A stretch of DNA of 63,844 bases, the filler included, from an uncultured bacterium (GTDB taxonomy: Bacteria > Latescibacterota > UBA2968): assembly GCA_964471275.1 (NCBI GenBank). It is 8 parts of 8 records of this genome, joined end to end, with 100 filler letters (N's around TTAATTAATTAA, not from the genome) between each part and the next. Parts side by side here need not be neighbours in the genome. Positions count along the whole stretch, not along the records: positions 8,376 to 16,637 come from CAYYGZ010000211.1; positions 16,738 to 24,986 come from CAYYGZ010000212.1; 6 more parts are not named here. One strand, written 5' to 3'. Numbering within the stretch: position 1 is the first letter of the stretch; every line of letters begins with the position of its first letter. Of the stretch, positions 10,263-21,057 are shown piece after piece. The notes beneath the pieces are model-generated. The model was given only the letters and a program-made list of their open reading frames with translations. It was not told where the DNA came from and ran no database searches. The translations under genes and the position numbers were made by a program.

Positions 10263-10994
10263 GTGGAGGTGAGGTTGGCGAGCCTGCTGGAAGGAGCGCA
10301 GCAGGCCGAAGGAACCGTGGTGATTATCGACGTGTATCGCGCGTTTACGACGGCGGCGGTGGCGTTTTTGAAGGGAGCGGAAAAGATCATCCTTGTGGGA
10401 GAGGTCGATGAAGCGATCGCACTTCGGGAGGCCGGCAAGGGCGATCTGTGCGTAGGAGAGGTCGAGGGAAGGCGGCCGACGGGGTTCGATCACAACAACT
10501 CGCCTTTTGAGATGTGCCGAGCGGACCTGACCGGGAAGACGGTGATTCAGTCGACGCGAGCTGGGACGGTCGGAGTTTGTGCCGCGACGAAAGCCGACCG
10601 AATATACGGAGGATCGTTCGTGGTCTCGGGGACGACCGCTCAGGTGATTGGGAAGGAGCAGCCTGATGTGGTCACTCTCGTAGCGATGGGGTGGGCCGGA
10701 AAGACACGCACCGATGAGGACGAGCAATGTGGCATGTATCTGAAGAACCTGCTCGAGGGCAGAGAAGCCAATCCTGATTACGTCCGGGGTCTGGTGATGG
10801 CGGGAAGTGAGTCGCAGAAGTTCGGTGATCCCAAAACACCACAGTTTCATCCTCGAGACCGGGATATTGCACTTCGGATCGACGCTGCACCGTTTGCGAT
10901 CGCGATCGCAGAGGAAGAGCGTCTGCTTGTGGCACGTCCCGTCGACACCGGCGGTCGACAGATGGATCCTGCCACCTTGTGCGGAGGTATGTGA
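10263..10994 (+). CDS. 2-phosphosulfolactate phosphatase family (ComB-like)
   Basis: VVIIDVYRAFTT, GEVEGRRPTGFDHNNSP, QSTRAGT, EDEQCG. Confidence 0.85.
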   Translation: MEVRLASLLEGAQQAEGTVVIIDVYRAFTTAAVAFLKGAEKIILVGEVDEAIALREAGKGDLCVGEVEGRRPTGFDHNNSPFEMCRADLTGKTVIQSTRAGTVGVCAATKADRIYGGSFVVSGTTAQVIGKEQPDVVTLVAMGWAGKTRTDEDEQCGMYLKNLLEGREANPDYVRGLVMAGSESQKFGDPKTPQFHPRDRDIALRIDAAPFAIAIAEEERLLVARPVDTGGRQMDPATLCGGM

Positions 10995-13045
10995 TGGGAC
11001 AGGAGAAGAGACAGCCCAGCCTGCTGTTCAGTCTGGAGAGTCTGGAATCGTTGAAGGATAGAATAGAATCGAACACCTGGCTATCGGATGCCTGGGACCG
11101 GAAGGTTGCCGGCCTGGACGCATCGCTCGATGAACCGGTCAAGCTTCCGGATAGAGGCGGGGGATGGTGGCACTGGTATGCATCGCCGGACACGGGAGCC
11201 CGGCTCAGGACGGGTGATGAAATTGGCGAGTGGTCGTGGGAGCATATCGACCCGCTGACCGACAAGGTATACGTGAGTGACCCGGGCGATCCGAGCCGTG
11301 ACTATGACCGATGCGTTCTGATGGGTGTCCACGATCGACTGGCGAAAGCGGCTCGCGATATGGGTGTGGCCTACCAGGTGACCGGTGACGTTCGCTATGC
11401 AGATCGGGCCACAGAAATCCTGAACGCATATGCCGACCGGTATCCGGACTACGATCTGCATACGGTGCGGAACGAGTCGAAACTGGGTGGGGGCAAGGTC
11501 GGTCCGCAGACGCTGGATGAATCCGTATGGCTGATCCCGTTCAGCCAGGGGGCCGACCTGGTCTGGGACAGGCTCTCAGATGATGATCGTGAGAGATTGA
11601 CGAACCGCTTGCTTGTCCCGGCGGTTCGCGAGGTCATTTTGCCGCACGAACTCCGTGTTCACAACATCCAGTGCTGGAAGAACAGCGCGGTGGGGTGCGT
11701 CGGATTCCTGATCGGGGACGACGAACTGGTGGCGCAGGCGATCGAGCATCCGGATCGTGGTTTCAGGAAGCAGATTGCAGACGGCGTGATGGATGACGGC
11801 GCGTGGTGGGAGGGGGCGTGGGGATATCACTTCTACACGATGTCTTCCCTCTGGGCCCTGCTCGAGGCTGCACGGAACAATGGTATCGATCTGTATGATG
11901 CGAAGATCAAGTCCATGTTCGATGCCCCGCTGGATTTTGCGATGCCCAATCTTTCCCTGCCGGCGTTCAACGACAGTAATGAGGTCGATCTCGCGGGACG
12001 GGCGTCAATCTATGAGCTGGGTTACGCTCGCTATGGTAATGACCGCTACGTGGAACTTTTGGCCAGCACCCAGCGAGACGATGATTTCGCGATCTTCTTC
12101 GGTGAAGCGGAATTGCCTCAAGTCAAGCCGAGCGACGGGATCAGCCGAAATTTCCCGGCGTCCGGCTATGGGATTCTGTCGGAGGGGGCCGATGAGACAG
12201 CGACGTGGTTGTGTCTCAAGTATGGTCCGCACGGAGGCGGACACGGTCATCCCGACAAGCTGAGCTTTGTACTCTACGCAGCTGGCGGCGTGATCGGGTT
12301 GGATCCGGGATCTGCACCGTACGGGATGCCTGAACACGGCGGCTGGTACAAGACGACTTTCTCGCACAATACGCTGGTCGTCGACGGTCAGTCACAGGCA
12401 GCGTCGGAGGGTGCTTGTCTGGCGTTTGATCGCTCCAACGGCATCGATTATGCGATCGGCGATGCGGGACCGATCTATGCTGGTGTCTCGTTCCGGCGAT
12501 CGGTATTCAATCCGGATGCGGGTCTGTTCGTCTTTGTCGACACGGTTGTCTGTGATCGCGAACGGCAGCTCGACCTGGTTTATCACCATCGAGGGAAATG
12601 GAGTGATCCCCTCGAGGGCGAAACCTGGACTCCGCCGGATGAGGTCGGATACAGGTATCTGAAGGAGGCGTCGTCACGCAAGCTTACGACAGGATGTGTA
12701 CTGAGCGTGAAAGACGCGAACTCAGATTCTACCGTAACGTTGGGAGCGGGGTCAGAGACGGAGGTCGTGACGGCTACCGGAGTGGGCGATCATCTCGAGG
12801 ACCGCGTGCCGACCGTTCTGTTTCGGCGTCAGGCGAAGGCAACAACCTATCACTGGGCGGTTGCGGTCGGTGATGGGTGCGAGGTAGAGCCCCTGGCAAT
12901 TCAGGGATCCGCCGAGGGATGTCGGGTGTCTCGGAACGATCGTTCGTGGGTCGTCGTTTCGAATCCTGAACGGGAGGACGTCGAGCTTCCGGGGTCAACC
13001 GATCGAATCATCGAAGCCGGCTACTGTGCGGAGACGATAGCGTGA
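10994..13045 (+). CDS. Alginate-lyase plus heparinase II/III-domain polysaccharide lyase (PL17-like)
   Basis: [65 protein letters not shown] overlaps the upstream stop; no signal peptide. Confidence 0.85.
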   Translation: MGQEKRQPSLLFSLESLESLKDRIESNTWLSDAWDRKVAGLDASLDEPVKLPDRGGGWWHWYASPDTGARLRTGDEIGEWSWEHIDPLTDKVYVSDPGDPSRDYDRCVLMGVHDRLAKAARDMGVAYQVTGDVRYADRATEILNAYADRYPDYDLHTVRNESKLGGGKVGPQTLDESVWLIPFSQGADLVWDRLSDDDRERLTNRLLVPAVREVILPHELRVHNIQCWKNSAVGCVGFLIGDDELVAQAIEHPDRGFRKQIADGVMDDGAWWEGAWGYHFYTMSSLWALLEAARNNGIDLYDAKIKSMFDAPLDFAMPNLSLPAFNDSNEVDLAGRASIYELGYARYGNDRYVELLASTQRDDDFAIFFGEAELPQVKPSDGISRNFPASGYGILSEGADETATWLCLKYGPHGGGHGHPDKLSFVLYAAGGVIGLDPGSAPYGMPEHGGWYKTTFSHNTLVVDGQSQAASEGACLAFDRSNGIDYAIGDAGPIYAGVSFRRSVFNPDAGLFVFVDTVVCDRERQLDLVYHHRGKWSDPLEGETWTPPDEVGYRYLKEASSRKLTTGCVLSVKDANSDSTVTLGAGSETEVVTATGVGDHLEDRVPTVLFRRQAKATTYHWAVAVGDGCEVEPLAIQGSAEGCRVSRNDRSWVVVSNPEREDVELPGSTDRIIEAGYCAETIA

Positions 13046-14076
13046 CTTGGGAAGAGAGATGGCACCCGCTGCGCGAAGAGTGGGTCATCGTCGCTGCCCA
13101 TCGGCAGAATCGGCCCTGGAGCGGAGAGACGGTTGCCGACGTGAAATCCTCGGCACCGGTATACGACTCCTCCTGTTACCTGTGTCCGGGGAACGCCAGA
13201 GTTGGCGGCGAGATCAACCCGGACTTCGACGATGTCTACGTGTTCGAAAACGACCATCCCTGCGTGGCAATGAATGCGCCTGAAGCTGTCACGGCCCCCG
13301 GTCTCTATCGATCTCGATCTGCGACTGGCATCGCGCGGGTCGCTTGTTTCAGTCCTCGACACAACATCACGCTCGCCGAGCTTCCTGTCTCCGATGTCGA
13401 TCGGGTTCTGTCCGAGTTGCAGGAACAGTATCGAGATCTTGGGGGACGACCCGAGATCGAACACGTCCTGATGTTCGAGAACAAGGGAGAGGCGGTCGGG
13501 GTGTCGAACCCGCACCCGCACGGTCAAATCTATGCGACGAACTTCGTGTTCAAGACGATCGAGACGGAAGCGCGGGTCAGTAAGCGCTACTGGCAAGAGA
13601 ATAAGCGCGCCCTGTTCGGAGATATCCTGGCGGAGGAGGTTTCAGATGGGCGGAGGATTCTGTCTGAGAATGATTCGGCAATCGCCTTTGTGCCCTACTT
13701 TGCGCGATACGCCTACGAGGTCTACGTTGCCCCGAAGGCGACACACGCCAGCCTTTCGGATCTATCGGACGACGAACGCCGTGACCTGGCAGACATCTTG
13801 CGACAGACGTTAATCAAGTTCGATAATCTTTGGCAGATGTCGTTTCCCTATGTCATGTCGTTTCATCAAGCGCCCACAGACGGGGAGGACTATGGTTCCT
13901 TTCACTTCCATATCGAATTCCACCCACCGCTTCGTAAACCGAATCTGCTGAAGTATCTGGCCGGCCCTGAAATCGGAGGAGGGAATTTCCTGAGCGATAC
14001 GGCGCCGGAGGAAAAGGCCGAAGAGTTGCGCGCACTTCCGGACACACACTACAGAGAAAAGGTCGACGGTGGCTGA
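13042..14076 (+). CDS. galT: Galactose-1-phosphate uridylyltransferase
   Basis: [39 protein letters not shown] (catalytic HPH), HFHIEF. Confidence 0.93.
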   Translation: MTWEERWHPLREEWVIVAAHRQNRPWSGETVADVKSSAPVYDSSCYLCPGNARVGGEINPDFDDVYVFENDHPCVAMNAPEAVTAPGLYRSRSATGIARVACFSPRHNITLAELPVSDVDRVLSELQEQYRDLGGRPEIEHVLMFENKGEAVGVSNPHPHGQIYATNFVFKTIETEARVSKRYWQENKRALFGDILAEEVSDGRRILSENDSAIAFVPYFARYAYEVYVAPKATHASLSDLSDDERRDLADILRQTLIKFDNLWQMSFPYVMSFHQAPTDGEDYGSFHFHIEFHPPLRKPNLLKYLAGPEIGGGNFLSDTAPEEKAEELRALPDTHYREKVDGG

Positions 14077-15529
14077 GTTCAAGATTGCCGGCGGCCAGAC
14101 CGGCGGGTTGTCGGATATCGATGCGTTTATCGGATTGGTGAACCATCTCGATGAGCATCCGATAAGAGAAGCACGCGGACTCTTCGACGACCGCGCGGAA
14201 CTCTATGTGAGCCGGGCTCCGGGTCGACTCGATGTGATGGGCGGGATCGCGGACTACTCGGGCTCGCTCGTTCTGCAACTGCCGACTCGGGAGGCAACAA
14301 TCGTGGGGTTTCAGCAATCGTCGGATAACCTCCTCCGTGTCGTCAGTGGCGGCGCAGATGAGAACGCCAGGCTTCCGGAGGCCACCATTCACACCAGCGA
14401 TCTGGTCAGCGATGGCGGACCGATTACCTATGAAGCGGCGCACGGTCTTCTGACGACGGATCCGGGATCAACCTGGGCAAGCTACGTTCTCGGCGTCTTT
14501 GTCGTCCTTATGCGCGAGAAGGGCCTCGTCGTCGATTCCGGTGCACGCATTCTTGTCTCCTCGGATGTCCCGGAGGGCAAGGGGGTGAGCTCCTCTGCCG
14601 CACTCGAAGTGGCGACGATGATGGCCGTCTGTGCCGCATTTGATGTCACTCTCGAGGCGCGGGAGATGGCGTTGCTCTGTCAGAAGGTGGAGAATCTTGT
14701 TGTAGGTGCGCCCTGTGGTGTGATGGATCAGATGACCGCTGTGTGTGGCGAAGCGGGCAAGCTGATGGCCCTTTTCTGCCAGCCAGCGGAGCTTCGTGAG
14801 GCGATCGCCTTGCCTCACGATACCGCAGTATGGGGAATCGATTCCGGCATTCGTCACGCGGTCTCTGGTGCCGATTATGGGTCTGTTCGCATTGGCGCGT
14901 TCATGGGGTACAGAATCCTCGCTGAACTCGCAGACCTGGACGTTACTCCGGGGGATCCCGTGTATATAGAAGATCCCCGCTGGAACGGATATCTGGCAAA
15001 CCTCTCACCCTCGGAATTCGAACAGCACTTTGCCCAGGATATTCCGCGCCGGGAAGAAGGGGGAGCGTTTTTACGGAACTATGGCGGCACCACAGACGCT
15101 GTGACGACGATCAATCCCGATCTGAACTACAACGTGCGTATGCCGACGCGTCACCCGGTCTATGAGAACCACCGTGTGAAGACGTTTGCGGAACTGCTGA
15201 CGACGACGGGCGAATGGCAGATCGAGCTGCTAGGAGAACTGATGTATCAGTCGCACGCAAGCTACACGACGTGTGGTCTGGATTCAGAGGGAACGGACCG
15301 GTTGGTCGAACTGGTTCGGGAAGCCGGACCCGGGCACGGTCTGTTTGGTGCGAAGATTACGGGTGGTGGGAGCGGGGGGACCGTGGCCGTGATCGGCCGG
15401 AAGGGATCAGATGGTGCGGTGCAGGCTGTTGCCGAAAGCTATGCGACCGAGACGGGACATCACCCACACATCTTCAGTGGATCGAGCCAGGGGGCGATGG
15501 CTTTCGGGACATTACGGCTGGCCGTTTAG
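14069..15529 (+). CDS. GHMP sugar kinase, L-arabinokinase (ARA1)-like / galactokinase family
   Basis: [69 protein letters not shown]. Confidence 0.88.
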   Translation: MAEFKIAGGQTGGLSDIDAFIGLVNHLDEHPIREARGLFDDRAELYVSRAPGRLDVMGGIADYSGSLVLQLPTREATIVGFQQSSDNLLRVVSGGADENARLPEATIHTSDLVSDGGPITYEAAHGLLTTDPGSTWASYVLGVFVVLMREKGLVVDSGARILVSSDVPEGKGVSSSAALEVATMMAVCAAFDVTLEAREMALLCQKVENLVVGAPCGVMDQMTAVCGEAGKLMALFCQPAELREAIALPHDTAVWGIDSGIRHAVSGADYGSVRIGAFMGYRILAELADLDVTPGDPVYIEDPRWNGYLANLSPSEFEQHFAQDIPRREEGGAFLRNYGGTTDAVTTINPDLNYNVRMPTRHPVYENHRVKTFAELLTTTGEWQIELLGELMYQSHASYTTCGLDSEGTDRLVELVREAGPGHGLFGAKITGGGSGGTVAVIGRKGSDGAVQAVAESYATETGHHPHIFSGSSQGAMAFGTLRLAV

Positions 15530-15624
15530 AGGCTTAGCGTGCGTGGGGGGGGCAGAGAGGGTTTCGTATTCGATCGGTCAGCCGGTTGGACTCGACTGCG
15601 CTTGATCTGGACAGGATATCCAGG

Positions 15625-15654
15625 AAAAGAAAACCCCCAGCCAAGGCTGAGGGT
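15625..15654 (-). terminator. Intrinsic terminator (minus strand)
   Basis: GC-rich hairpin ACCCTCAGCC-TT-GGCTGGGGGT followed by TTTCTTTT on the minus strand. Confidence 0.6.
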
Positions 15655-15687
15655 AAGGTAGAAGGGGGATCGGAATAAACAAGCGAG

Positions 15688-15900
15688 CTAGGATTCTTCG
15701 GTGGCCTCGGCGCCTTCGTGTACGGTGTATTTCTCGATCGTGAAGGGCTTGGCAACGTAGTCGGTTGCTCCGTAGCCAATCGCCTCGGTTGTCGTGCCTA
15801 GGACTTCCCGCTCTATGTGAATCGGATGCGCGCCCCGTTCCCTGGCCATCCCGATCGCGTTCCCGTATGCGAGAGGCGCGTGACTGACGAGCATACAGGT
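15688..15900 (-). pseudogene. Remnant of a response-regulator receiver domain
   Basis: TTEAIGYGATDYVAKPFTIE is a receiver C-terminal motif. No upstream DD or phospho-Asp region is recognisable. Confidence 0.55.
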
Positions 15901-16278
15901 GCCGATATCCTGAAGCAGGACTGTACACTACCCCTTTGTCCCTTGTGATGTCTTTTGGGTTTCTCACTGATTCATGTCGGTCTATGTGAATGCCCGGTCT
16001 GAAGGAGAGTCGATCGGTACTCAATCCTGAAGGAGGACAGATTCAGATCTGAGTGATGGATGTCTCCATCTTCCAGCACCTGGGCAGTGGGCAGCTATAC
16101 ACTTCTGCCACACACAAGGGCGCCGCGTGCAGGAGACGTTGCCGGACATCTGCTCGCTGGTTATTCTTACGGCTGACCAGATCTGGCTGAACGAACGGCC
16201 GGACGATGCAATTCGTGTTTAAAGAGAGATCAAGCTGAGGCCGGGTGAACGGGCAGACCCGGAGATTGACGAGGTTGC

Positions 16279-16637
16279 GTGCTGACGGATAGCCAGATGA
16301 CTGAGTTCGAGACGGAGGGATTCCTCATTCTAGACGGGTTGCTGGCTGGTGACCGCGTTAGACATTACTTGTCAATCCTTGAGGAACTTGTCATGCGTGG
16401 TGGACGACTGAAGCAGGAAGAACCGCATTGGTCGCTCGAGTGTGACACGCGGGGAAGACCGATCGCCGGTCTGCTGCACAAGGTGCAAGGAGTATGTCAC
16501 GTTGACCCCAGAGTCCTCGGTCTGGCAAAAGAGCCCGAAATCCTGGATCGGGTAGCGGCGCTTGTGGGTGAGGACGTCGATGTGTTCGGAACCAAGTTTT
16601 TCCCAAAACTGCCGGATGGCGGTACGTCGACTGACTG
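16279..16637 (+). CDS. Phytanoyl-CoA dioxygenase (PhyH) family protein, 3' truncated
   Basis: MLTDSQMTEFETEGFLILDGLL...ILDRVAALVGEDV..FGTKFFPKLP. Confidence 0.85.
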
Positions 16638-16906
16638 NNNNNNNNNNNNNNNNNNNNNNNNNNNNNNNNNNNNNNNNNNNNTTAATTAATTAANNNNNNN
16701 NNNNNNNNNNNNNNNNNNNNNNNNNNNNNNNNNNNNNACCACCACACCCTCGGGCGGGTCCCCGTATCTTGGGAGGCGCAAACCACGCAATGCTGGTGCT
16801 CAGCAACACCAGGGCCTTTCACTCTCCTGTTTCCCTGTCTGCAATACAGAACCTGCCCTGGGGAGGGCGCGGCTCTCTTGGCCTTCAATGCCGGTGGATG
16901 GACGGC

Positions 16907-16961
16907 ATCTGTTTCCGGAGGCGGTGGTCGTTCCCGGAAATCGCGGATGAACCTTTTTTTT
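16907..16961 (+). terminator. Terminator-like hairpin with T9 tract
   Basis: CATCTG-TTTCCGG...CCGGAAA-TCGCGGATG followed by AACCTTTTTTTTT. Confidence 0.45.
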
Positions 16962-17040
16962 GTGCTACAGACGATGGTGAAGGGGGGGTAGATTGCAATG
17001 GGTTAGGATTCTAGGGAGGGACACGTACAGGTGAGGTTGG

Positions 17041-17685
17041 ATGACTGAAGTGATTGTTGTGCGGCACGGGGAGACGGACTGGAATGTGGAGGGGCGGATT
17101 CAAGGGCATCAGGAGTCGGATCTGAATGCCCGAGGAAGGGCGCAGGCCAGAGCCGTGGGGGAGCGGTTTCGAGGGGAGAGGACAGCAGTTGTTTACAGCA
17201 GCGATCTGCGTCGGGCACTGGATACGGCAGGACCGATCGCGAAGGCGCTTGGAGTCGAGGTCAGGTCAGATGTGAGGCTGCGGGAATGGCATCTCGGGTG
17301 TATCGAGACGATGCTGCTCGAGGAGGCACGAACCAGAGAACCAGATGCGGCCCGAATATATGATGAACGAGATCCAGATGCGGTTGTTCCGGGCGGGGAA
17401 TCGATATGCCAGCGGCACGCGAGGTGTACTGAGTGCCTGATGGAGATCGCGGATGTTCACGCAGGCTCGCGGGTGGTGGTTGTGACACACGGGGGGATTC
17501 TCGATGACTTCTACCGGTTTGTCAGCGGCGTGGCGCAGAGCGTGGATCGGGAATGGGATCTGTTCAACTGTGGGATCAACAGGTTGCGGACGGATGGCGA
17601 GCGGTGGTGGGTAGATGCGTGGGGGGACATCGAGCATCTCGACGGGATCGGGTCGATGGCGGATTGGAATGAAGAAGGGCAGTGA
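17041..17685 (+). CDS. Histidine phosphatase family protein (phosphoglycerate mutase-like)
   Basis: VRHGETDWN..RIQG, YSSDLRRA, LREWHLG, PGGES, VVTHGG. Confidence 0.92.
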   Translation: MTEVIVVRHGETDWNVEGRIQGHQESDLNARGRAQARAVGERFRGERTAVVYSSDLRRALDTAGPIAKALGVEVRSDVRLREWHLGCIETMLLEEARTREPDAARIYDERDPDAVVPGGESICQRHARCTECLMEIADVHAGSRVVVVTHGGILDDFYRFVSGVAQSVDREWDLFNCGINRLRTDGERWWVDAWGDIEHLDGIGSMADWNEEGQ

Positions 17686-17741
17686 GATCTTGAGTCGTGA
17701 ATCGTGAGTAGAAAAGCAAAGAGCGTGGGCTGGTTGAGATG

Positions 17742-17780
17742 GTGAGATAGTCAGGTAGTCTACCTACCTGACTATCTCAC
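17742..17780. terminator. Perfect 17-bp inverted repeat
   Basis: GTGAGATAGTCAGGTAG-TCTAC-CTACCTGACTATCTCAC between convergent ORFs. Confidence 0.65.
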
Positions 17781-18147
17781 TACTCCCCGCTTTACTTCCC
17801 GAAATTGTGGCGAAGATCAGGAAATCGTCGAAGTCGACGGCACCGTTTGAGGAGAGGTCCAGAACAGAGCTGAAGTCGGTGTCAGCGGATGTCTTACCGA
17901 AACCGGCGGCGAAGAGCAGGAAGTCGCTGAAGTCGACGTCCCCGTCGCCGTCGAAGTCGCCCTGTTTGGTCGTGGTCTGGGCAGCGTCTGCCTTACCGAA
18001 GGCGATCACCTATCTGGACCACGTGGTGTTTGTAATTCGGTGCTGCCACACGGGATCAGCGTTCCTGTCGGCGTCGAAGGTGTCGAGGACGGCCGGTTGA
18101 TCAACCGGATCGTTCAGCTTTGTGAAACCTTCGTCGAGAAAGCTGCC
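17764..18147 (-). pseudogene. Remnant of a secreted protein with a dockerin/EF-hand-like C-terminal duplicate
   Basis: GDFDGDGDVDFSDFLLFAAGFG and LDLSSNGAVDFDDFLIFA. An in-frame TAG lies just before the GTG at 18009, preceded by open sequence that runs into the IS remnant. Confidence 0.65.
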
Positions 18148-18390
18148 GGCCCAGCCACCGATACTGACCTATCCGAACCACTGGGAGACGCGAAAGGTCG
18201 CGGCGAATAGCTCGATGAGATGGCACAAGAAAGCAATCAACGTCTCGGACCCCTGCGCGGGCCAATACATCGGACTTGAAGAAATCGACATCGGCGTATG
18301 GAACGTCTATCTGGGATCACTCAGGATCGTCGACATCTATGGACACAAAATGTGTAAACCGTGTGTCGGGTTGCTCAAGGGTAGATTTGA
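18122..18390 (+). mobile_element. IS481-family transposase C-terminal remnant with degenerate end
   Basis: LTYPNHWETRKVAANSSMRW...VSDPCAGQYIGLEEIDIGVWNVYLG resembles the IS481 C-terminus. It is followed by TGTGTAAACCGTGTGTCGGG, an end-like sequence. Confidence 0.7.
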
Positions 18391-18452
18391 CGGGTGGGAA
18401 TAGGGGAGCGATGATCTTGCCGGCCCTCATCCTGATCGCGGGTGCGATCTGT

Positions 18453-18477
18453 CCCTCTCCCCTTTTATGGGAGAGGG
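18453..18477. repeat. CCCTCTCCC-N7-GGGAGAGGG palindrome (REP-like / terminator)
   Basis: 9-bp perfect inverted repeat just downstream of the epimerase stop. Confidence 0.55.
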
Positions 18478-18484
18478 TTTGGGG

Positions 18485-19348
18485 TTAGTTAATGAGGACG
18501 CTGGCTTGCGCGGCGATTGAGCGGGTATGTTGCGCGGCTTTGGGGATGAGGTTGGGTTTGAGGTGTTCTATCAGGCCATATTTATCCGGGAAGAGGCGTT
18601 CGAAATGGCGGAAGCAGTGTTGGAGGTCGAGTTCGCCAAGGCCGGGAACGGTTTCTTCGAGGTGAAGGACGAGGCCCGGTCCGATCTTGATGTCTTTTAT
18701 GTGCATCACGGGTGAGACGGCTCCCATGTGGGCGAAGATGTCGTCCAGACGGTTGGGGCTGAGGTAGACATCCGAGAGCGTCTCGAAGTGGTTCACGTAG
18801 TCCATGACAAGCTGGAGGTTGCTTGAGCCGATTTCGTCGACCATTCGGCGGCTGGTTTCGGGGTTCTTCAGGATGGAAACGAGATGGGTTTCCATCACGG
18901 CTGTGACACCGTGCTGTTCGAGGCCGGCAACGATATCACCCAGCGTGTCGATCAGCAGAGACCAGGATTCCAAGGTGTGGTTGTCGCGATGCGGCGTCCA
19001 GGATCCCTCTGGATTGCGACTCCCCGGACGAATCAGGAAGTAGTGTGCGGACATGGCCGCGGCAATTTCGGCTGTGTCGATGATCTTGCGAGTGACGTGT
19101 TTCCGTATTTCCGGATCCGGGTCAAACAGGCACTCCCGGTACGTGACGGCCATTTGTGCGAGATTGATTCCGTGACCGGTGAAACGCGAACAGCCCTTTT
19201 CGATCTCGGCGGGCGACACTTCGCTCGCCAGGTCGCCGGGGAAATGGAATCCCGCACCCGTGAATCCCAGTTCGCAGATGGCTTCGAAGTGTTTAGGGGT
19301 GTGGGTGCGAAAGTCACCCGGGAGCATTCCTACAATGCCGAGTTTCAT
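18485..19348 (-). CDS. Sugar phosphate isomerase/epimerase (xylose isomerase-like TIM barrel)
   Basis: AVMETH, LVMDYVN, MHIKD, PGLGELD, GLIEH metal-binding pattern. Confidence 0.85.
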   Translation of the reverse strand: MKLGIVGMLPGDFRTHTPKHFEAICELGFTGAGFHFPGDLASEVSPAEIEKGCSRFTGHGINLAQMAVTYRECLFDPDPEIRKHVTRKIIDTAEIAAAMSAHYFLIRPGSRNPEGSWTPHRDNHTLESWSLLIDTLGDIVAGLEQHGVTAVMETHLVSILKNPETSRRMVDEIGSSNLQLVMDYVNHFETLSDVYLSPNRLDDIFAHMGAVSPVMHIKDIKIGPGLVLHLEETVPGLGELDLQHCFRHFERLFPDKYGLIEHLKPNLIPKAAQHTRSIAAQASVLIN

Positions 19349-19778
19349 TCCTCATCTCCTAACGGAGGCATAGAGCGTACTGATTCAGAATGGTGTTCAC
19401 AGTTTAGATTCGTTGGAGTCGGATGTTTCGCCGCATCGGATCGAGGCCGTCACCCGCAGGCACGTGTTTGTACGATTCGCGCCGGGGGCAATCCTTTTCG
19501 GGTTCCGAGCGGTCATCGCGACGCGGCTCACGAATGTCTGTCCAAGCCCTGGGGTTCGGCCCCGCAGTCCGTCCTCGCTCCGCTCTCGACGGACAGCCCG
19601 CGCGGTCGCACCCTAGGCTAACGGCGGTCGCCCCGTTCCGGGGCTGAGACAGATCCAGATTCGAGACCGTGTCATCAACAGGGAATAGCGAAAGCAGCAA
19701 TCCCAAATCAACCCTACCTACTGGCTCAATGTGTCAACACCATTATGACTCTGGACAGTCTAGAGCCAACAGAGAGCT

Positions 19779-20516
19779 CTATCGCGTGAAGACGGTACCT
19801 CTCAGGTAGTCGGCGTCGCTCGATACGAGGAAGGACAGGATCTTGCCAACGCCTTCGGGATCGCCCAGATTGGCGGCGAGATCCTCTGCCTTTTTGCCGG
19901 TTTCGTCCGCTTGTCTCTGGACGACATGCAGCTTCAGTGGAGTTGCCAGAGCGCCCGGACAGACGGCGTGCACACGGATGTTTCGGGAGGCGAGCTGGGA
20001 GGCCATCACGAGGGCCAGGCCGTGGACACCGCCCTTGCTTGAGCCGTAGGCGATGGATGAGCTGCCTCCTTTAACACCCGCTCCCGATGAGATCAAGATG
20101 AGCACTCCCGCCTCGGAAGCTTCGAGCAAGGGGACGGCGTACTTGGAGAGCAGGAAGCTGCCCTTCAGATTGATGTCGACGACGCGGTCCCAGGTGAGTT
20201 CTTCGAACTCGTCGATGGGGATGAAAGCACCCTCGAGGATACCGGCGGCGTGAATCAGGCCGTCCAGGTGGTTTTCGGATTCACGGATTATGTCGAAGAG
20301 TTCACTGACGTCTTCTTCGTTCTGGACGTCTACCGTGAAGCCCAATGCGTCAGATCCTGCTTCGGTCAATTCCGTGACACTGCTGTCTACGCCCTCGGAA
20401 TCCAAATCGACGGCGATGATCCGGGCACCTTCGCGGGCACAGCAGAGGCAAGCGGCTCGACCGATGCCGGAGGCGGCGCCGGTGATGAGGATGGTCTTTT
20501 GTGTGAGTTTGGACGT
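19779..20516 (-). CDS. SDR family NAD(P)-dependent oxidoreductase (apparent ACG start)
   Basis: Upstream in-frame KTILITGAASGIGRA Rossmann motif; HAAG, VDINLKG, YGSSKGG. No ATG/GTG/TTG lies between the in-frame TAA and the Rossmann motif. Confidence 0.85.
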   Translation of the reverse strand, partial: TSKLTQKTILITGAASGIGRAACLCCAREGARIIAVDLDSEGVDSSVTELTEAGSDALGFTVDVQNEEDVSELFDIIRESENHLDGLIHAAGILEGAFIPIDEFEELTWDRVVDINLKGSFLLSKYAVPLLEASEAGVLILISSGAGVKGGSSSIAYGSSKGGVHGLALVMASQLASRNIRVHAVCPGALATPLKLHVVQRQADETGKKAEDLAANLGDPEGVGKILSFLVSSDADYLRGTVFTR

Positions 20517-21057
20517 AACGTGTTCCTTCGTTTAGGGACTAAGACAGGCCTGTGCATTGAAAACATAAATGTCAGATAGACGGGGAAATCCAAAGAAAGA
20601 CACTTGCAGAGGCTGAATCTAAATGTGTTAGTGCACCATCCCACAGGTACCTTGCCAACTGCCCTGAATGCGTTCACTGTGGCTGCAAGACATCATTCGA
20701 TCTCAGGTATTCTTCTTGGGTTAATTGTGGGTGAACAGGTGACTCGTTGTCGTCGCACAACGTGTGATTGTGTCCGCCCGGCCCCCGGTTTCGGCGCCCG
20801 CTGAGCTTGGGGCCGGCTTCAGGCCGCGGTGTCTGCTTGATCACTTCACGAGGCCACGCCGTGCAGTCCGATGGGTCAGGTTGTTCCTCTGATCCTCGTC
20901 GACTTCGCCGGGCCCAGCGGGACTCGGGGCCGGCCCGAAGTGAAGCTAGGCCCAGCGGCGGATCAAGAGGTTCTGGTAAGTTGCCGCATCTATAGATGCA
21001 CAGAAGTAAGGTAAGGGTGATCGGTGATTATGCACAAGGACAGGTCAGGGGATTGAT

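Noticed and set aside
16738..16900. Possible glycine riboswitch or ORF at contig start
   Set aside because: Only scattered partial motifs, and no convincing reading frame.
20770..20940. GC-rich imperfect inverted repeat
   Set aside because: Pairing is weak and expected by chance at this GC content.
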